Positions 26,555 through 36,460 of a DNA stretch of 64,000 nucleotides are shown here, piece after piece; position 1 is the stretch's first letter; every line of letters starts with the position of its first letter. A program made the translations under genes and the position numbers. The notes under the pieces were generated by a model that was given only the letters and a program-made list of their open reading frames with translations, was not told the origin of the DNA and did no database searches. This stretch comes from an uncultured Candidatus Saccharibacteria bacterium (GTDB taxonomy: Bacteria > Patescibacteriota > Minisyncoccia > Minisyncoccales > Staskawiczbacteraceae): contig CAYZNK010000001.1 in assembly GCA_964479955.1 (NCBI GenBank), positions 144,091-208,090 on the forward strand, written 5' to 3'.

Positions 26555-29500
26555 ATGAGTATAAAAAGAACAATTATTTCGACTATAGTCGCTTTGGCTA
26601 TGGTTGCGACAGTTGCTCCTTCAGTTGCTCAGGGTGTAACAATTGAAGAATTGTTAGCCCAGATTGCTGCTTTGCAAGCTCAATTATTGGCTTTGCAAGG
26701 AGGCACAACAACAACCGGAACATCAACTTATACAGCTTGCGCTGGAGTTACCTTCACAAGAGCTTTAACAGTTGGTTCAACCGGATCTGATGTAAAGTGC
26801 TTACAGCAAATCTTAAATGGAACCGGTTATACGGTTGCAACAACAGGAGCAGGCTCACCAGGCTCAGAAACAACCTACTTTGGAAATTTAACCTTAGCGG
26901 CTGTTAAGAACTGGCAGGCAGCTCAAGGATGGACACCTGCAAACCAGGTTGGCCCATTATCAAGAGCCAAATTAAATTCAATCCTTGCTGGTTCTTCAAC
27001 TGGCACAGGAGGAACCGGAACAGTTATTCCAACAGGCGCAGGATTATCAGTTGCATTAGCGTCTAATAATCCAGCATCAGGAACAGTTGTTGCCGGACAA
27101 GCTCAAGCTCCCTTGGCAAGACTGGTCTTTACAAACGGCGATAATGCCGAGGTAAAGGTTACAACATTGAGATTGATGAGAGGAGGCGTTTCATCTGATT
27201 CGGCTTTATCAAATGTTTATTTGTTTGATGGAGCAGTCAGGTTGACAGATGCAGCTTCAGTTTCGGCTGGAGTCATTGGTTTTAATGATTCAATGGGACT
27301 TTTCACAATTCCTGCATACAGCTCAAAAACAATTACAGTTGCAGCTGATATCTTGAGCACATTAACTGGCGGAACAGTATCTGTAAGCTTAAATTCATCT
27401 TCAGATATCACAGCAAATTCAAGTTCCATAAAAGGAATGTATCCTTTGTACGGGAATACAATGTCAATCGTTGCTAACAACAACAATTTGGCAACAGCTT
27501 ATTTCTCGGTTAACAATGGAACAAGCGGTTTGGATGGTTCATATAACCCAGACGTAACACCAGCAGGAACATCTTCAACAAGCGGAATTGACCCGCAGAA
27601 TGATTATCCTGTTTGGTACACAAACCTTAATGTAAACATTAGCAATGGAACAGTAAGAATGAGCAGGTTTGCATTAAGAGAAGTCGGCTCAATCAACTAT
27701 TCTGATCTTCAAAACTTCAGGTTATATGTTGATGGAATACAGGTAGGTTCAGCAGTACAAAGCCTGGACGCAAACGGATATGTAACATTTGATTTGTCAT
27801 CAAGCCCGGTTTCAATGCAATCCGGAGCAAGACAAATAAAAATGTTAGCAGACATAACTGGAGGATCAAGCAGGTACTTCAGCTTCCAGTTAAAAACATC
27901 AGCCGATATCACATTAACCGATGGACAATACAATGTTAACATTGCTCCAACTTATAACAATGGTTCAGCCACTACAACAACATTTACAGCATTGAGAAGC
28001 TGCTGGTATAATACCGGTTCAGCGTATCAGTGTTATATCAATTCAGGTGCCACCACAACAACAAAGACATCTGATTCTCCATCAGGAGATGTTGTTAATT
28101 CAGCAAGCGGACAATTGTTAGGAAAATGGACATTGAAATCCAACGGTGAAAGAATTAAAGTTGATACTTTAAAGGCATACGTATTGTTTGGAAACACCGT
28201 AGCTACGGGAGATGATACAGAGTCTGCAACTTCTACAACATTGAGAAATGCAGCTTTGTATGCCAATGGAGTGCAGATTGGAAACACGGCCAACTTAGCA
28301 ACAGTAACATCAACCTATGTTGGTTCAGTTACTCCAACTACATTCAATTTGGGATCGTCTTTAATAGTTGATCCGTCAACTCCAGTAACATTGGAGTTGA
28401 AGGCAGATATCTACGATAACGCAGGTAGCAACAACGACATTGACGCAACCGACACATTGCAAGCAAAATTGTATGTCGGTTCAGGAAACGGTCAGGGAAT
28501 GGTATCTTCAACAACAAGCAATGTCCCAACAGCAACAACTGCAGCTAACCAATTGACAGTTGCGGCCGGAGGATTAACGTTGTCTCAGTATACAGCTTAT
28601 ACAGCTCAGACAATCGTTGCTCCTCAGACAAACTTTAAATTAGCTCACTTCACATTATCAGCCAGCACAACAGACACTGTTAATGTTTCAACAATTGAAG
28701 CTGATTTAGACTATGTCTCAGCCTTTGTAACCAATCTTTATGTAAAAATTGGTGATTACATGACAACGACAAAGGCCACAGTATCAGCTGCAAACACATG
28801 GTCCGTTAATTATGCTTTGCCAGCAGGCAACATAGTTGATGTAACGGTATACGGAGATTTGTCATCTTCAGCAGTTTGTCCATCAGGAAATCCATGCAAT
28901 GCCAGCGTATTGGTATCTGGAACAACAGCCAATTCGGCAACATCTGTAACAGGTCCTTCCAATGGAAGTGCCGCTACGGGTCAATCCATTGTGGTTGGAA
29001 CAGCTTCCTTCACAGGAACAGTTGACGGCTCAACTCCGTTAGCCGGAGCAGTTGCCGGAAACCAGTTGGTCGCAGGAGCCAAGTTTAAACTTACGGCTCT
29101 CTATGATAGCTACACGGTTACAGAAGCTAAAGTGCAGGCAAAAGACGACAATAACAGCAACAATGGAGCCGTTATTAAATCAGCCACTTTAACTGATGGA
29201 ATAAACAGCTACACAGTTCCATTTGACTCAGCGAATAACTACTTCTACTTTACCGGAATGAGCATTCCTGTTACCGCCAATTCAAACAAGGTATTAACAG
29301 TTAACCTTGATTTGTCTAATCCTGTAGCAGACACGTCAACAACCGGACAAAACGTAAAGCTTACTTTGTACGGATTAAAGGCTCTTAACAGCCAGGGAGA
29401 AGTGAAAGCCGATGGAACAGGTATTACGGGATCTGGCATCACTCTAAGTAATGCTGCCGGAAACCATATGTATGTTTACAGGTCAGTTCCAACCTTCACT

Positions 29501-30184
29501 AAACTTGCTGTAACAGGACAGGGAACAAATTTGAAGGCAGGCAGTGAAATCGTTTTGTACAGATTTACTGCAGGGGCTGATGCAAAAGGACCAGTTGCCT
29601 TGAAACAAATCAAGTTTACGGTAACAGTAGCTGATGATCCTGCTGCAGATACTTCACCTGTATTGGGAACCTTCAAGTTCTTTAGAACTGCATCAGGAAG
29701 CGAGACAGATATTTCTGATTATGTCCATATAACTGGAAATGGCTCAACTGATTTGGAGGCATCTGACACAATCGTAGAAGGAGGCAGCACTTATGCATAC
29801 GTAATCTTTGATACAGAGGAAACAATTCCAGCTGGTCAGACATATACATATGAATTAAGAGCAACTCCATCAGGATTTGCCGGATCAACTACAGATGCTG
29901 ACTCAGTCGCAACAAGCGTTGCAGTTGATTCAGCTCCAGCTGATACAACAGCGGGATACGATGTGACAGAGCCATACTTGTCAGCAGCTAGTGCATACAA
30001 CATCTATACATTGCACTCAGCTCAAAACGGTGGTGGGTCAGATACAGCTGAAAATGTCATCTGGTCTGATAACTCAGCTCTTAGCCACGACTGGACATAC
30101 TCAGCTTCTTCAGCTGACTGGTTCGGAGGCTACTTGATTAAGAGTTTGCCACTTTCAGCCACAGGTATTAACTACAACAACTAG
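26555..30184 (+). CDS. Large secreted cell-surface (S-layer-like) protein with N-terminal peptidoglycan-binding domain and long Thr/Ser/Gly/Ala-rich beta-rich region
   Basis: Signal peptide (MSIKRTIISTIVALAMVATVAPSVAQG). PG_binding_1-like segment (LTVGSTGSDVKCLQQILNGTGY...YFGNLTLAAVKNWQAAQGW). 1209 aa with strongly biased T/S/A/G/N/V composition. Confidence 0.75.
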   Translation: MSIKRTIISTIVALAMVATVAPSVAQGVTIEELLAQIAALQAQLLALQGGTTTTGTSTYTACAGVTFTRALTVGSTGSDVKCLQQILNGTGYTVATTGAGSPGSETTYFGNLTLAAVKNWQAAQGWTPANQVGPLSRAKLNSILAGSSTGTGGTGTVIPTGAGLSVALASNNPASGTVVAGQAQAPLARLVFTNGDNAEVKVTTLRLMRGGVSSDSALSNVYLFDGAVRLTDAASVSAGVIGFNDSMGLFTIPAYSSKTITVAADILSTLTGGTVSVSLNSSSDITANSSSIKGMYPLYGNTMSIVANNNNLATAYFSVNNGTSGLDGSYNPDVTPAGTSSTSGIDPQNDYPVWYTNLNVNISNGTVRMSRFALREVGSINYSDLQNFRLYVDGIQVGSAVQSLDANGYVTFDLSSSPVSMQSGARQIKMLADITGGSSRYFSFQLKTSADITLTDGQYNVNIAPTYNNGSATTTTFTALRSCWYNTGSAYQCYINSGATTTTKTSDSPSGDVVNSASGQLLGKWTLKSNGERIKVDTLKAYVLFGNTVATGDDTESATSTTLRNAALYANGVQIGNTANLATVTSTYVGSVTPTTFNLGSSLIVDPSTPVTLELKADIYDNAGSNNDIDATDTLQAKLYVGSGNGQGMVSSTTSNVPTATTAANQLTVAAGGLTLSQYTAYTAQTIVAPQTNFKLAHFTLSASTTDTVNVSTIEADLDYVSAFVTNLYVKIGDYMTTTKATVSAANTWSVNYALPAGNIVDVTVYGDLSSSAVCPSGNPCNASVLVSGTTANSATSVTGPSNGSAATGQSIVVGTASFTGTVDGSTPLAGAVAGNQLVAGAKFKLTALYDSYTVTEAKVQAKDDNNSNNGAVIKSATLTDGINSYTVPFDSANNYFYFTGMSIPVTANSNKVLTVNLDLSNPVADTSTTGQNVKLTLYGLKALNSQGEVKADGTGITGSGITLSNAAGNHMYVYRSVPTFTKLAVTGQGTNLKAGSEIVLYRFTAGADAKGPVALKQIKFTVTVADDPAADTSPVLGTFKFFRTASGSETDISDYVHITGNGSTDLEASDTIVEGGSTYAYVIFDTEETIPAGQTYTYELRATPSGFAGSTTDADSVATSVAVDSAPADTTAGYDVTEPYLSAASAYNIYTLHSAQNGGGSDTAENVIWSDNSALSHDWTYSASSADWFGGYLIKSLPLSATGINYNN

Positions 30185-30230
30185 TACTTGCCTCTCACCT
30201 TGCTTGTGACAAGGTTGCGAGAGAAAAACA

Positions 30231-30260
30231 AAAACTCCCCTTAAGGGGAGTTTTTGTTTC
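30231..30260. terminator. Bidirectional intrinsic terminator between the convergent surface-protein gene and the Wzy_C gene
   Basis: Perfect stem aaaactcccc/ggggagtttt with loop ttaa, then tttttgtttct. An additional upstream hairpin lies at 30192-30226. Confidence 0.75.
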
Positions 30261-30274
30261 TGGGTTGTTGAGAA

Positions 30275-32533
30275 TTAGTGGGGAAGAGTTTGAAGAAACA
30301 TATCTACCTCTTCTTTTGCATCAGGCATAAGCTGTAAAAATATCATTGCTTGTTCCCTTGCTTTTTTATATTCTTTTAATTGGACATAAACAAAAGCCAA
30401 AGAGGCATAATTTTGTGCAACATCGGGTTTTCTTTTTATAATTTCTTGGTAAACAATTACAAGGCTTGAATAATCATTTATCTCAGTAAAAGCATTTGCC
30501 AGTTGATATAAATAAGTTATGCTGATGTTTCCATATTTTTCAATAAATGTCTGAAAATTTTCATTTGCTTGTTCTATTTTTTTTAAATATATTTCCGACA
30601 TAATTTTTATCCAATAGCATTCTGCTAAATCTGGCTCCAATTCAATACACTTTAGTGCCATTTTTTCCATTTCTCCATAATTTCCTGCTACCATATTAAG
30701 CTTTGCTTGTTCTATTACTACTTCTGGATGAAGGGGGGCCAGTTGCTCTGCTTTTTTAAGATAAGAGTCAGATTTTTGTAATAATAAATCTTTTTGACTT
30801 AAGTCTTTTTCTGAAGCTGCTTTTATATTTGTAAATCCTCCCAAAAAAAGCCAAAAACGAGAATATGTTGGTCTAATTTCTATTGCTTTTTCTAAAATTT
30901 TGCTTCCCATCTCTGCATATTCTAAATTTTTATCAGGATTTATTGATGCGCATAATTTTATATTTTCAACATAATGAATTATAATGTGCGCATCTAAAAA
31001 ACTGTGTTTTTTAAGAAGATTCTCAGATATTGAAAAAGATTTTTCGCACTTTTCGTTTTCCGCAAGGTCATCTGCATCGTTAACTTGTTTGTTAATTTGC
31101 AGAGGCAAAAAATTGTATTGCCATAAAAAAATCAATAAAAAAACAGATAAAACAGTTACAATAAATCTTTTCCCTTTTATTTTTTTATAATTTTTTTGAT
31201 TGTTTGCATCTTCATTTTTATGAGGATATATTAAAAACATTGAATATCCTACTATTAAATAAAATAAAAGGTATGAAGAAAATCCGTCAAAACTAAAAAA
31301 GTTTGCAGCAGAATATGCAATTATCGTAGCTTGAATTCCATGGCAAATTTTGTTATCGCTGACCTTCTTATTTTTTTGTAGGAGTAAAAAAATTGCCATA
31401 AAGAGAACAATATATACTATAGTAGCCGGAATTCCGCTAGTTACCGCAACATCCAAAAATGCATTGTGAGACCTGTCCCACCATCCTCCCCATGTTTTTG
31501 ATATATAAGGAAGGGAAGGGTCATAATGTTTATCAAATCCAATAGCAAGATTTTCTGGACCCCATCCTAAAATAGGTTTTTCTATTATTGCTTTTATAAC
31601 TACTTTCCATGCAGAAAATCTTGGGTCTGCTAAGGCTGAATCTATGGAAAGTCTGTTTTTAACTGAGTTAAAAATTCTATTGTCTTCCAAGAACTCCGGA
31701 AATATTTTTTGAGAGTTAATATAATAAACGGTAAAAAATCCAAGAACAATTAATGCCCCAAAAATAATTTTTAAAATAATAATTTTTTTAAAAACGGGTT
31801 TGTTTTTGGGTGTATTTTTAATCGGATAAAACAATAAAAAATATGTTGCTCCGGCCAGTAATCCAATATATGAGGCCCTAGACCCCGTTATTAGAATTGT
31901 AAATAAAAATAATAGAACAGCTGAAAAATAAAAGATTTTACGCCAGCGGATTTTTTCTTTTATGGCAAAGACAAATGTTATAAAAAATAGCAAAAGAATA
32001 TAAATACCCAACATTATTGGGTTTCCCATTGTTGACGGAGGCCTGTCTCCTGAGGAAATAAATATATTGCTGAATAGTCCATAGTACTGGATAAAGGCTA
32101 TTAAAGATGCCAAAACCCCTACAAGTATAGAGAAATCAAGAAGTTTTTTCCAGTCTTCTGCTTTTATACTTAAAAAAGTAAAAACAGCAAAGATTATATA
32201 AAATAAAAAATTTATCGCACCTTGTGCTCTGTAGGGAGAGCCCCATAAACTAAAATTTATGTCTTGAGAAAATATTGTTGATAATATTATTAACAGAAAA
32301 TATATCCCAAAAATCCAAAAAACTTTGTTGTTTTTGAAGCTTGGCAGGTGTAACTCGTTTCTTTTATAAAGGAATTGCCACATAAAAAGAAATAATAGAA
32401 TTGACATGACAATTCTAAAAATGATTCCTTTACCCCAATCAACAGGATGGAGATAGTTAGGACCTGCTAAAATTGGCAAAAATAAAATTATTAAAATTCC
32501 TATAAGATAAACCTTGTATAATGAATTTTGCAT
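30275..32533 (-). CDS. O-antigen ligase / Wzy_C-family polytopic membrane protein with C-terminal TPR repeats; candidate O-oligosaccharyltransferase or polymerase
   Basis: More than 10 TM helices. The Wzy_C hallmark ILITGSRASYIGLLAGA. The C-terminal roughly 250 aa form TPR-like repeats. Confidence 0.8.
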   Translation of the reverse strand: MQNSLYKVYLIGILIILFLPILAGPNYLHPVDWGKGIIFRIVMSILLFLFMWQFLYKRNELHLPSFKNNKVFWIFGIYFLLIILSTIFSQDINFSLWGSPYRAQGAINFLFYIIFAVFTFLSIKAEDWKKLLDFSILVGVLASLIAFIQYYGLFSNIFISSGDRPPSTMGNPIMLGIYILLLFFITFVFAIKEKIRWRKIFYFSAVLLFLFTILITGSRASYIGLLAGATYFLLFYPIKNTPKNKPVFKKIIILKIIFGALIVLGFFTVYYINSQKIFPEFLEDNRIFNSVKNRLSIDSALADPRFSAWKVVIKAIIEKPILGWGPENLAIGFDKHYDPSLPYISKTWGGWWDRSHNAFLDVAVTSGIPATIVYIVLFMAIFLLLQKNKKVSDNKICHGIQATIIAYSAANFFSFDGFSSYLLFYLIVGYSMFLIYPHKNEDANNQKNYKKIKGKRFIVTVLSVFLLIFLWQYNFLPLQINKQVNDADDLAENEKCEKSFSISENLLKKHSFLDAHIIIHYVENIKLCASINPDKNLEYAEMGSKILEKAIEIRPTYSRFWLFLGGFTNIKAASEKDLSQKDLLLQKSDSYLKKAEQLAPLHPEVVIEQAKLNMVAGNYGEMEKMALKCIELEPDLAECYWIKIMSEIYLKKIEQANENFQTFIEKYGNISITYLYQLANAFTEINDYSSLVIVYQEIIKRKPDVAQNYASLAFVYVQLKEYKKAREQAMIFLQLMPDAKEEVDMFLQTLPH

Positions 32534-32539
32534 GGTTTT

Positions 32540-32698
32540 TTAAAATAAAGGATAAATTAACGGAGCTATTGCCGAGCTTTCTGCAAAAATTATCAATAAT
32601 CCGCAAATTAGCAGAAATATTATAATAGGGGCCAGCCACCATTTTTTTCTGGTTTTTAAAAAATCCCATATTTCTCTGACAATCAAAATTTTGCTCAT
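32540..32698 (-). CDS. DUF5989-like small membrane protein (52 aa), missed by the ORF track
   Basis: Reverse-strand translation MSKILIVREIWDFLKTRKKWWLAPIIIFLLICGLLIIFAESSAIAPLIYPLF matches the conserved small protein found next to SxtJ-like and carbamoyltransferase genes (SxtK-like). Confidence 0.55.
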   Translation of the reverse strand: MSKILIVREIWDFLKTRKKWWLAPIIIFLLICGLLIIFAESSAIAPLIYPLF

Positions 32699-32718
32699 GT
32701 ATTTTTATTTAAGGTATT

Positions 32719-33135
32719 TCAAAATTGTTTTTTATATTCTTCTTTTTTTATATCAGCAGTTTTTACAACTGTCCAATAACTTTTGGATTTTTTATCTATT
32801 TTTATATTCAGGAGGTCTTTGCCTGATAATTTTAAAAATAAAGAAATGGGAGTTAATATTATAAAAAATAATATAATCAAAATCATGGATGATATTATTA
32901 TCCCAATAATGATTCCTATCGTCATCCATGTTTTTTGCAGGGGCTTTAACACAGATGGCAGAAACAAGGATAATAGTAAAACAGCAATAGATGCTAAAAA
33001 AAGCAACAGAGAATAATTATATTTTTTAAGAAAAATAAAATATACAGCAAAAATAACCATTAAGGATACTAAAACAAGAGAAAATTTTGATATCTCCTTT
33101 TTATCGCTTTTTATATTTTTTATACTATCTAACAT
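32719..33135 (-). CDS. SxtJ-family small membrane protein
   Basis: Two TM hairpins with the conserved LKPLQKTWM...LTPISLFLKLSGKDLLNIKIDKKSKSYW. Syntenic with the carbamoyltransferase. Confidence 0.7.
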   Translation of the reverse strand: MLDSIKNIKSDKKEISKFSLVLVSLMVIFAVYFIFLKKYNYSLLLFLASIAVLLLSLFLPSVLKPLQKTWMTIGIIIGIIISSMILIILFFIILTPISLFLKLSGKDLLNIKIDKKSKSYWTVVKTADIKKEEYKKQF

Positions 33136-33148
33136 TATTTTAATTTTT

Positions 33149-34960
33149 TTAATCTATCTCAAAAGTTTTTTTCCAGTCTGTATCATTTTTAATTGGTTTT
33201 TGCTCTTTTTTATCCAAAAGAAAATCTCCAAGCAAAAGATAATCCATGTTTGTTCTTAAAAAACATAAATACGCGTCTTTTGGTGAACAAACAATTGGCT
33301 CTCCTCTTACATTAAATGAAGTGTTTACAATTACAGGACAGCCGTATTTTTTAAAAAATGCGGCAATAATACTGTAGTAAAATGGGTTTGATTCTTTTGC
33401 AACAGTTTGTAATCTGGCAGAAAAATCAACATGGGTTACAGCAGGTATTTTAGAGCGGATTACATCAAGTTTCATTTCTTTTTCCGATTTATTTTCGCTT
33501 ACCTCAAGGCGTAAATTTTTATTTACAGGAGCCGTTAAAAGCATGTAAGGAGACTCTGTATCTAAATCAAAAAACTTTTTTGATTCTTCAGTTAAAACAG
33601 AAGGAGCAAATGGCCTGAAACTCTCCCTGAATTTTATTTTTAGATTCATTATTTTTTGCATTTCAGGGCTTCTTGGGTCTCCGATAATAGACCGATTTCC
33701 AAGCGCCCTTGGCCCAAACTCCATTCTGCCATGAAATATACCTATAACTTTTTGGCTATTTATAAGGTCTGCAATTTTATCCGGAATTTCTTCTGGAGTT
33801 AGCTTCAAAGAGGGGATATTATCAGATTCTAAAAAATTTTGTATTTCTTGATTGCTAAATTCTGGACCAAGAAGAGATGAGTTTTGAAAGTCATGGATTT
33901 CATCTGCTATTCTTTGATTTTGCAGATATTGGTAAAAAACGGACAATGCGGCCCCTAAGGCCCCTCCGGCATCTCCGGAAGCTGGCTGTATCCAAATATT
34001 TTTAAAAGGTCCCTCTTTTAAAATTTTTGAATTAGCCACACAGTTTAAGGCTACTCCTCCTGCCATGCATAAATTTTTTTGCCTAGTAATTTTAAAAAGA
34101 TAATTTGCAGTTCTAAGAACTATTTCTTCTGTAACATCTTGTATTGACCTGGCAATGTCTGCCTCTCTTTGGCTAATTGGGGTTTCTGGTTTTCTTGCAG
34201 GTCCCTTAAAAAGTTTTTCAAATTTTTTGTTTGTCATTTTTAATCCTGTGCAGTAATCAAAGTAATCCATATTCATTCTGAATGAGCCGTCTTCTTTAAG
34301 GTCAATTAATTCAGAAAGTATTATTTCTTTATATTTAGGTTTTCCGTAGGGAGCTAATCCCATTAGTTTATATTCTCCGGAGTTAACTTTAAATCCGCAA
34401 AAATAAGTGAAAGCAGAATAAAACATTCCCAAAGAATGGGGAAAATTGATTTCAGAAATCATTCTTAACTCATTTCCTTTTCCTATCCAACAACTTGTGG
34501 TGGATTTTTCTCCAACAGCGTCCATTATTAAAATTGCTGATTCTTGAAATGGTGAGGCAAAAAAAGCCGATGCGGCGTGAGACTGATGATGGCTTATAAA
34601 TAAAATATTTTTAGCAGGATTTAGTTTTTTTTCTATGATATCTTTTATCCAGATTTTTTCTTTTATCCATAAGGGCATTGATTTTAGAAAAGACTTTATG
34701 CCAAAAGGCGCAAAAGAAAGATAAGTTTCCAGTAGTCGCTCAAATTTTAAAAACGGCTTTTCGTAAAAAGCTATATAATCAATATCTTTTTCTGATAACC
34801 CCTGAGATTTTAAGCAGTAGTTAATTGCGTTTTGTGGAAAAGAAGCATCATGTTTTTTTCTGGTGAATCTTTCTTCTTGGGCTGCGGCTACTATTTTGCC
34901 GTCTTTTACAAGACAGGCCGCACTATCATGATAAAAAGCTGAAATTCCTAAAACATTCAT
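33149..34960 (-). CDS. Carbamoyltransferase (NodU/CmcH/SxtI family)
   Basis: N-terminal VLGISAFYHDSAACLVKDGKIVAAAQEERFTRKKHD (the Kae1/YgjD-like domain of NodU-type carbamoyltransferases) plus a C-terminal YrdC-like domain. 603 aa. Confidence 0.9.
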   Translation of the reverse strand: MNVLGISAFYHDSAACLVKDGKIVAAAQEERFTRKKHDASFPQNAINYCLKSQGLSEKDIDYIAFYEKPFLKFERLLETYLSFAPFGIKSFLKSMPLWIKEKIWIKDIIEKKLNPAKNILFISHHQSHAASAFFASPFQESAILIMDAVGEKSTTSCWIGKGNELRMISEINFPHSLGMFYSAFTYFCGFKVNSGEYKLMGLAPYGKPKYKEIILSELIDLKEDGSFRMNMDYFDYCTGLKMTNKKFEKLFKGPARKPETPISQREADIARSIQDVTEEIVLRTANYLFKITRQKNLCMAGGVALNCVANSKILKEGPFKNIWIQPASGDAGGALGAALSVFYQYLQNQRIADEIHDFQNSSLLGPEFSNQEIQNFLESDNIPSLKLTPEEIPDKIADLINSQKVIGIFHGRMEFGPRALGNRSIIGDPRSPEMQKIMNLKIKFRESFRPFAPSVLTEESKKFFDLDTESPYMLLTAPVNKNLRLEVSENKSEKEMKLDVIRSKIPAVTHVDFSARLQTVAKESNPFYYSIIAAFFKKYGCPVIVNTSFNVRGEPIVCSPKDAYLCFLRTNMDYLLLGDFLLDKKEQKPIKNDTDWKKTFEID

Positions 34961-36369
34961 TTTATGTTTTGATTTAAAAAATCAGTAATAATATTCCCCG
35001 AGAGAAAATGCCCCAAATCGTTCAAATGTTCGTTATCTTTTGAGTATATATTTTTGTAATTATTATTTTTTACATAATCCCTGAAATATGGTAAAAGGTC
35101 AAGGTAGGGAATTTGATTTTCTATTGAATAATTTTCTATATATTTTTGCGGAAAATTAATGTCATAATCTTGGCCGGATTCTGCAGTAGCATAAACTTGG
35201 TTTTTAAAAGGCAGAGTCACAATCATAAGTTTTATATTATTCTCTTGGCACAAATTTTTGATGGCTTCCAATTCCAAAGTAACTTTTGAAACAGTTTCTT
35301 TTCCAATCTCCGGATATTCTTTTTGGCACCAAAAATTAGAAGAAGCAAAAGATTTATTATCCGTAAAATCAACGGGGCCATAACTGTTGTCTGATTTTTG
35401 AGCTACATTTTCTAAAAAGCTGTTTAATAGAGTATAAAAGTAAGTGTTCCTTATTGCAATAGTGGTATTTTTTATAAAATAGAGAATAGGATTTTTAGGA
35501 TTTGTTTGGGGAGTTATAAAATCTTTTGAAATTTCCTGAGGCATATCTTTTAGCAAATTTTCATTAAATACCAATATCCCTCCTTCTTCGTTAAATAATT
35601 TTTCACCAAAATAAGTGTCTCTAAAATCATTTCCGTTATAGGAAACTAAAATGAGATATTTGGGCCCAAAATTTATTACGTCGTTTTTTAACTGAATGGC
35701 CTCGTGGGAAAATCCATATCCTGGCATTCCAAAGTTTATTACTTCAAATTGGTTTTGGTTTATCTTGGAGTTAAATACTCCAACAAAAGAATTTTCAACA
35801 GTTGAGGACCATGCGCCAAAAGTTTGAGAGTCCCCCATAAAAGCAATGCGCTCTTTTTCAGAATTATTATTGATGGAAACTTCCTGCCATCTTAATCCCA
35901 TTGAATTTGTTTTTATATTCATTGTTTGGCCTCCTATCGTAATATTTATATCCAAATTTGGTTTTGTTTTATAGGGCAGGTTATCTTCTCCTTTTTCAAA
36001 AATTTGTAAACCGCCACGCTGTTTTAAAATAATTTTTTCAGAGGGAATAATTAAGTGCAAAACCCCTTCTGCTGCAAAAAAACATAAAATTAAGGAGGTT
36101 ATAAAAATAAATATATTAGTTTGTTTGCTTAGATTTTTTCTATATAATAACAAGATAGCCCCAATTGTAATCAAAATAATAGAGCCCGTCCAAAGCATAA
36201 TTTTATGGGAGAGCGGAAATTGACTGCCTTGCCATACAAAAAGTTTTGCTAAAACCCATTGGTTGAATACAATTGGAAGCGCAACAAAACCAAACCCGCA
36301 GGCTGTGTATATACCGGATAATATTCCTTTAAATTTAAGGACATTTTTCTTTTCTAAATGCGGTTCCAT
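34957..36369 (-). CDS. Membrane-anchored SGNH/GDSL-family hydrolase or acyltransferase
   Basis: N-terminal TM helices. GDSQTFG block I and a C-terminal DLGHF (DxxH) block. Confidence 0.7.
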   Translation of the reverse strand: MEPHLEKKNVLKFKGILSGIYTACGFGFVALPIVFNQWVLAKLFVWQGSQFPLSHKIMLWTGSIILITIGAILLLYRKNLSKQTNIFIFITSLILCFFAAEGVLHLIIPSEKIILKQRGGLQIFEKGEDNLPYKTKPNLDINITIGGQTMNIKTNSMGLRWQEVSINNNSEKERIAFMGDSQTFGAWSSTVENSFVGVFNSKINQNQFEVINFGMPGYGFSHEAIQLKNDVINFGPKYLILVSYNGNDFRDTYFGEKLFNEEGGILVFNENLLKDMPQEISKDFITPQTNPKNPILYFIKNTTIAIRNTYFYTLLNSFLENVAQKSDNSYGPVDFTDNKSFASSNFWCQKEYPEIGKETVSKVTLELEAIKNLCQENNIKLMIVTLPFKNQVYATAESGQDYDINFPQKYIENYSIENQIPYLDLLPYFRDYVKNNNYKNIYSKDNEHLNDLGHFLSGNIITDFLNQNIK

Positions 36370-36460
36370 TCTCTTTTTATTTTTGTTATTTTATGATATA
36401 AAAATAGTATCTTATTCCCAAGAGACATAGTTGTATTATTATTGATAATACCAATTTAAC

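Noticed and set aside
32457-32669. 70-aa ORF from the six-frame track
   Set aside because: A different frame on the same strand (32540-32698) encodes a conserved DUF5989-like membrane peptide with a proper start. The 70-aa ORF is a low-complexity AT-rich translation.
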